Below are positions 62,707 through 64,000 of a DNA stretch of 64,000 nt, one piece after another. Position 1 is the stretch's first letter, and each line of letters starts with the position of its first letter. Below the pieces are notes generated by a model that was not told the origin of the DNA, did not search any database, and was given only the letters and a program-made list of their open reading frames with translations. The stretch is taken from NCBI GenBank assembly GCA_050012855.1, contig JBEKGJ010000007.1, positions 34,241 to 98,240 of the forward strand, written 5' to 3'. The DNA is from Verrucomicrobiota bacterium. GTDB taxonomy: Bacteria; Verrucomicrobiota; Verrucomicrobiia; Limisphaerales; J093. The position numbers were made by a program, and so were the translations under genes.

Positions 62707-62801
62707 CGGAGCGCCGGCTTCCAGCCGGCTTTGGACTGGGTTGCGAAGGCATGTTCCGATGAGCCAAGCACATCACAAGCCGGCTGCAAGCCGGCGCTCC
62801 G
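62707..62801. repeat. 23-bp inverted repeat, each arm itself a hairpin
   Basis: CGGAGCGCCGGCTTCCAGCCGGC (62707-29) against GCCGGCTGCAAGCCGGCGCTCCG (62779-801), with 1 mismatch and a 49-bp spacer. The right arm continues into GCTCCG-TTTT-CGGAGC. Confidence 0.45.
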
Positions 62802-62908
62802 TTTTCGGAGCATTGCCTGGCGGCAGTGCCAAGTTGCGCCCTTTGCCAACGCGGGCGCGGGAAAAGTATTGTCTTCCCCGCGCGACGCCCTAGTTTTGCA
62901 GCGAACCG

Positions 62909-63592
62909 ATGAAATCGTTTGCGGAGCTTGGTTTTCCCGGCCGCCTCGTCGCGGTGGAAGGCATTGACGGATCGGGCAAGTCCACTCAGATCTACCTGCT
63001 CAAACGGTGGCTCGAACAGCAGAAGCTGAAGGTCTTCTTCAGCGAATGGAATTCCTCCGAACTGGTCAAGAGCGCCACCAGCAAGGGCAAAAAGCAGGCC
63101 CTGCTCACGCCCACCACCTTCAGTCTGATCCATGCCACCGACTTCGCGGACCGCTACGAGCGCCAGCTCCTGCCGCTGTTGCGCGCCGGCTACCTGGTCC
63201 TGTGCGACCGCTATATCTTCACCGCGTTCGCGCGGGATGTGGTGCGCGGCTGCCCGCCGGAATGGGTGCGGGGCATTTACAGCTTTGCGGCGCTGCCGGA
63301 CATCACCTTCTTCTTCAAGGCCCAGCTCGAGGTGTCGCTGCAGCGCATCCTCGACGGCCGGCCGCAGTTGAAGTTCTTCGAGGCCGGCATGGACCTTGGT
63401 CTGTCCGCCGATCCCCAGGAAAGCTTTCGCATCTTCCAGGGCCGCCTGCTCGAGCAGTACCTCGCCATGAGCACCGAGTTCGATTTCCGGGTCATTGACG
63501 CCAACCAGGCGGTCGAGGTCCAGCAGTCCTTGCTCCGGCGACTGGTCGCCGACCACACTGACTTGAAAGCGTATCTGGCTCCGAACCGTTGA
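62909..63592 (+). CDS. Thymidylate-kinase-like P-loop kinase (paralog 1)
   Basis: VAVEGIDGSGKSTQ (P-loop), LCDRYIFTAF, FSLIHATDFADRY. Confidence 0.75.
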   Translation: MKSFAELGFPGRLVAVEGIDGSGKSTQIYLLKRWLEQQKLKVFFSEWNSSELVKSATSKGKKQALLTPTTFSLIHATDFADRYERQLLPLLRAGYLVLCDRYIFTAFARDVVRGCPPEWVRGIYSFAALPDITFFFKAQLEVSLQRILDGRPQLKFFEAGMDLGLSADPQESFRIFQGRLLEQYLAMSTEFDFRVIDANQAVEVQQSLLRRLVADHTDLKAYLAPNR

Positions 63593-63596
63593 CCCC

Positions 63597-64000
63597 ATGC
63601 GCGACGACTCCTCCGCCCCGAACCCGGCACCCGCGCCGCCGCTCCATCACCGCCCGCCCGCGTCGCATGTTCTCGTGCCGAAACCGTCCACCAAGCGCTT
63701 CTTCGGCCACGGCGTCCCCGGGGTCGAAATGCCGCAGCTCTCCGGCAAGTTGATCGTGGTCGAGGGTGCCGACGGATCGGGTCGCTCAACCCAGATTGCG
63801 CGACTGGTGGAATGGCTCGAAGGCCGCGGCCACGCCACCGTCCAGGTCGGCCTCAAGCGTTCCGATCTCGTGCGTGAGGAATTGGACCATGCCCAGCAGG
63901 GCAATGTGCTGAGCCGGACCACCTTCAGCCTGTTCTACGCAACCGACTTCGCCGACCAGCTCGAAAACGTGATCCTGCCCGCCCTCAAGTCGGGTTTCAT
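63597..64000 (+). CDS. Thymidylate-kinase-like P-loop kinase (paralog 2), 3' end cut by window edge
   Basis: Not in the ORF track because it runs off the window. ATG at 63597, a ~45-aa Pro-rich N-extension, then IVVEGADGSGRSTQ and FSLFYATDFADQL, parallel to paralog 1. Confidence 0.7.
   Translation, partial: MRDDSSAPNPAPAPPLHHRPPASHVLVPKPSTKRFFGHGVPGVEMPQLSGKLIVVEGADGSGRSTQIARLVEWLEGRGHATVQVGLKRSDLVREELDHAQQGNVLSRTTFSLFYATDFADQLENVILPALKSGF

Overview
High-GC (~65%) bacterial chromosome segment. The gene content suggests a PVC-group organism, most likely Verrucomicrobiota-like: an H-X9-DG/DUF1559 prepilin-type protein, many secreted glycoside hydrolases, and secreted proteins ending in FFRL/RFY motifs. 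This taxon call is an inference.

The backbone is ordinary core metabolism and housekeeping:
- Replication, repair, cofactor and amino-acid genes: ligA, dnaN, mutS, argJ, thiM, leuC-like, hisA-like, a cysteine desulfurase, a TetR-regulated RND efflux operon, an ornithine-decarboxylase plus deoxyhypusine-synthase-like polyamine pair, and an NfeD-flotillin operon.
- Polysaccharide-degradation genes: a beta-helix protein, two GH2, GH172/DUF2961, GH26 and an SGNH esterase.

Four lower-GC accessory insertions sit in this backbone.
1. A ~6.1 kb island (34.5-40.8 kb) is bounded by 92-bp direct repeats. It holds the gutted remains of a Type I R-M system (hsdM and hsdR fragments plus a four-helix-bundle gene). 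The interior of that system has been replaced by an intact two-gene module: a single-HKD PLD-family nuclease with a putative B3-like DNA-binding C-terminus, convergent with a 965-aa methyltransferase. The methyltransferase carries a putative N-terminal ribbon-helix-helix segment and two complete tandem methyltransferase modules. A perfect 10-bp inverted repeat abuts its start codon.
2. to 4. Three small, apparently promoterless cassettes are each inserted 3-17 nt after the stop codon of a housekeeping gene. Each is followed by a duplicated remnant of that gene's 3' end. The cassettes are a SWIM zinc-finger gene after ligA, a PIN gene plus small partner after flotillin, and higBA after ornithine decarboxylase.

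This recurring terminal-duplication architecture and the PLD/tandem-methyltransferase module are the most interesting signals.

Many long ORFs in the supplied track are antisense or off-frame artefacts of high GC, and several true genes start well inside the listed ORFs. One real gene (1-1747, minus strand) is missing from the track because it runs off the window edge. I saw no CRISPR array, rRNA or convincing tRNA. All family assignments come from reading motifs by eye; no searches were run.
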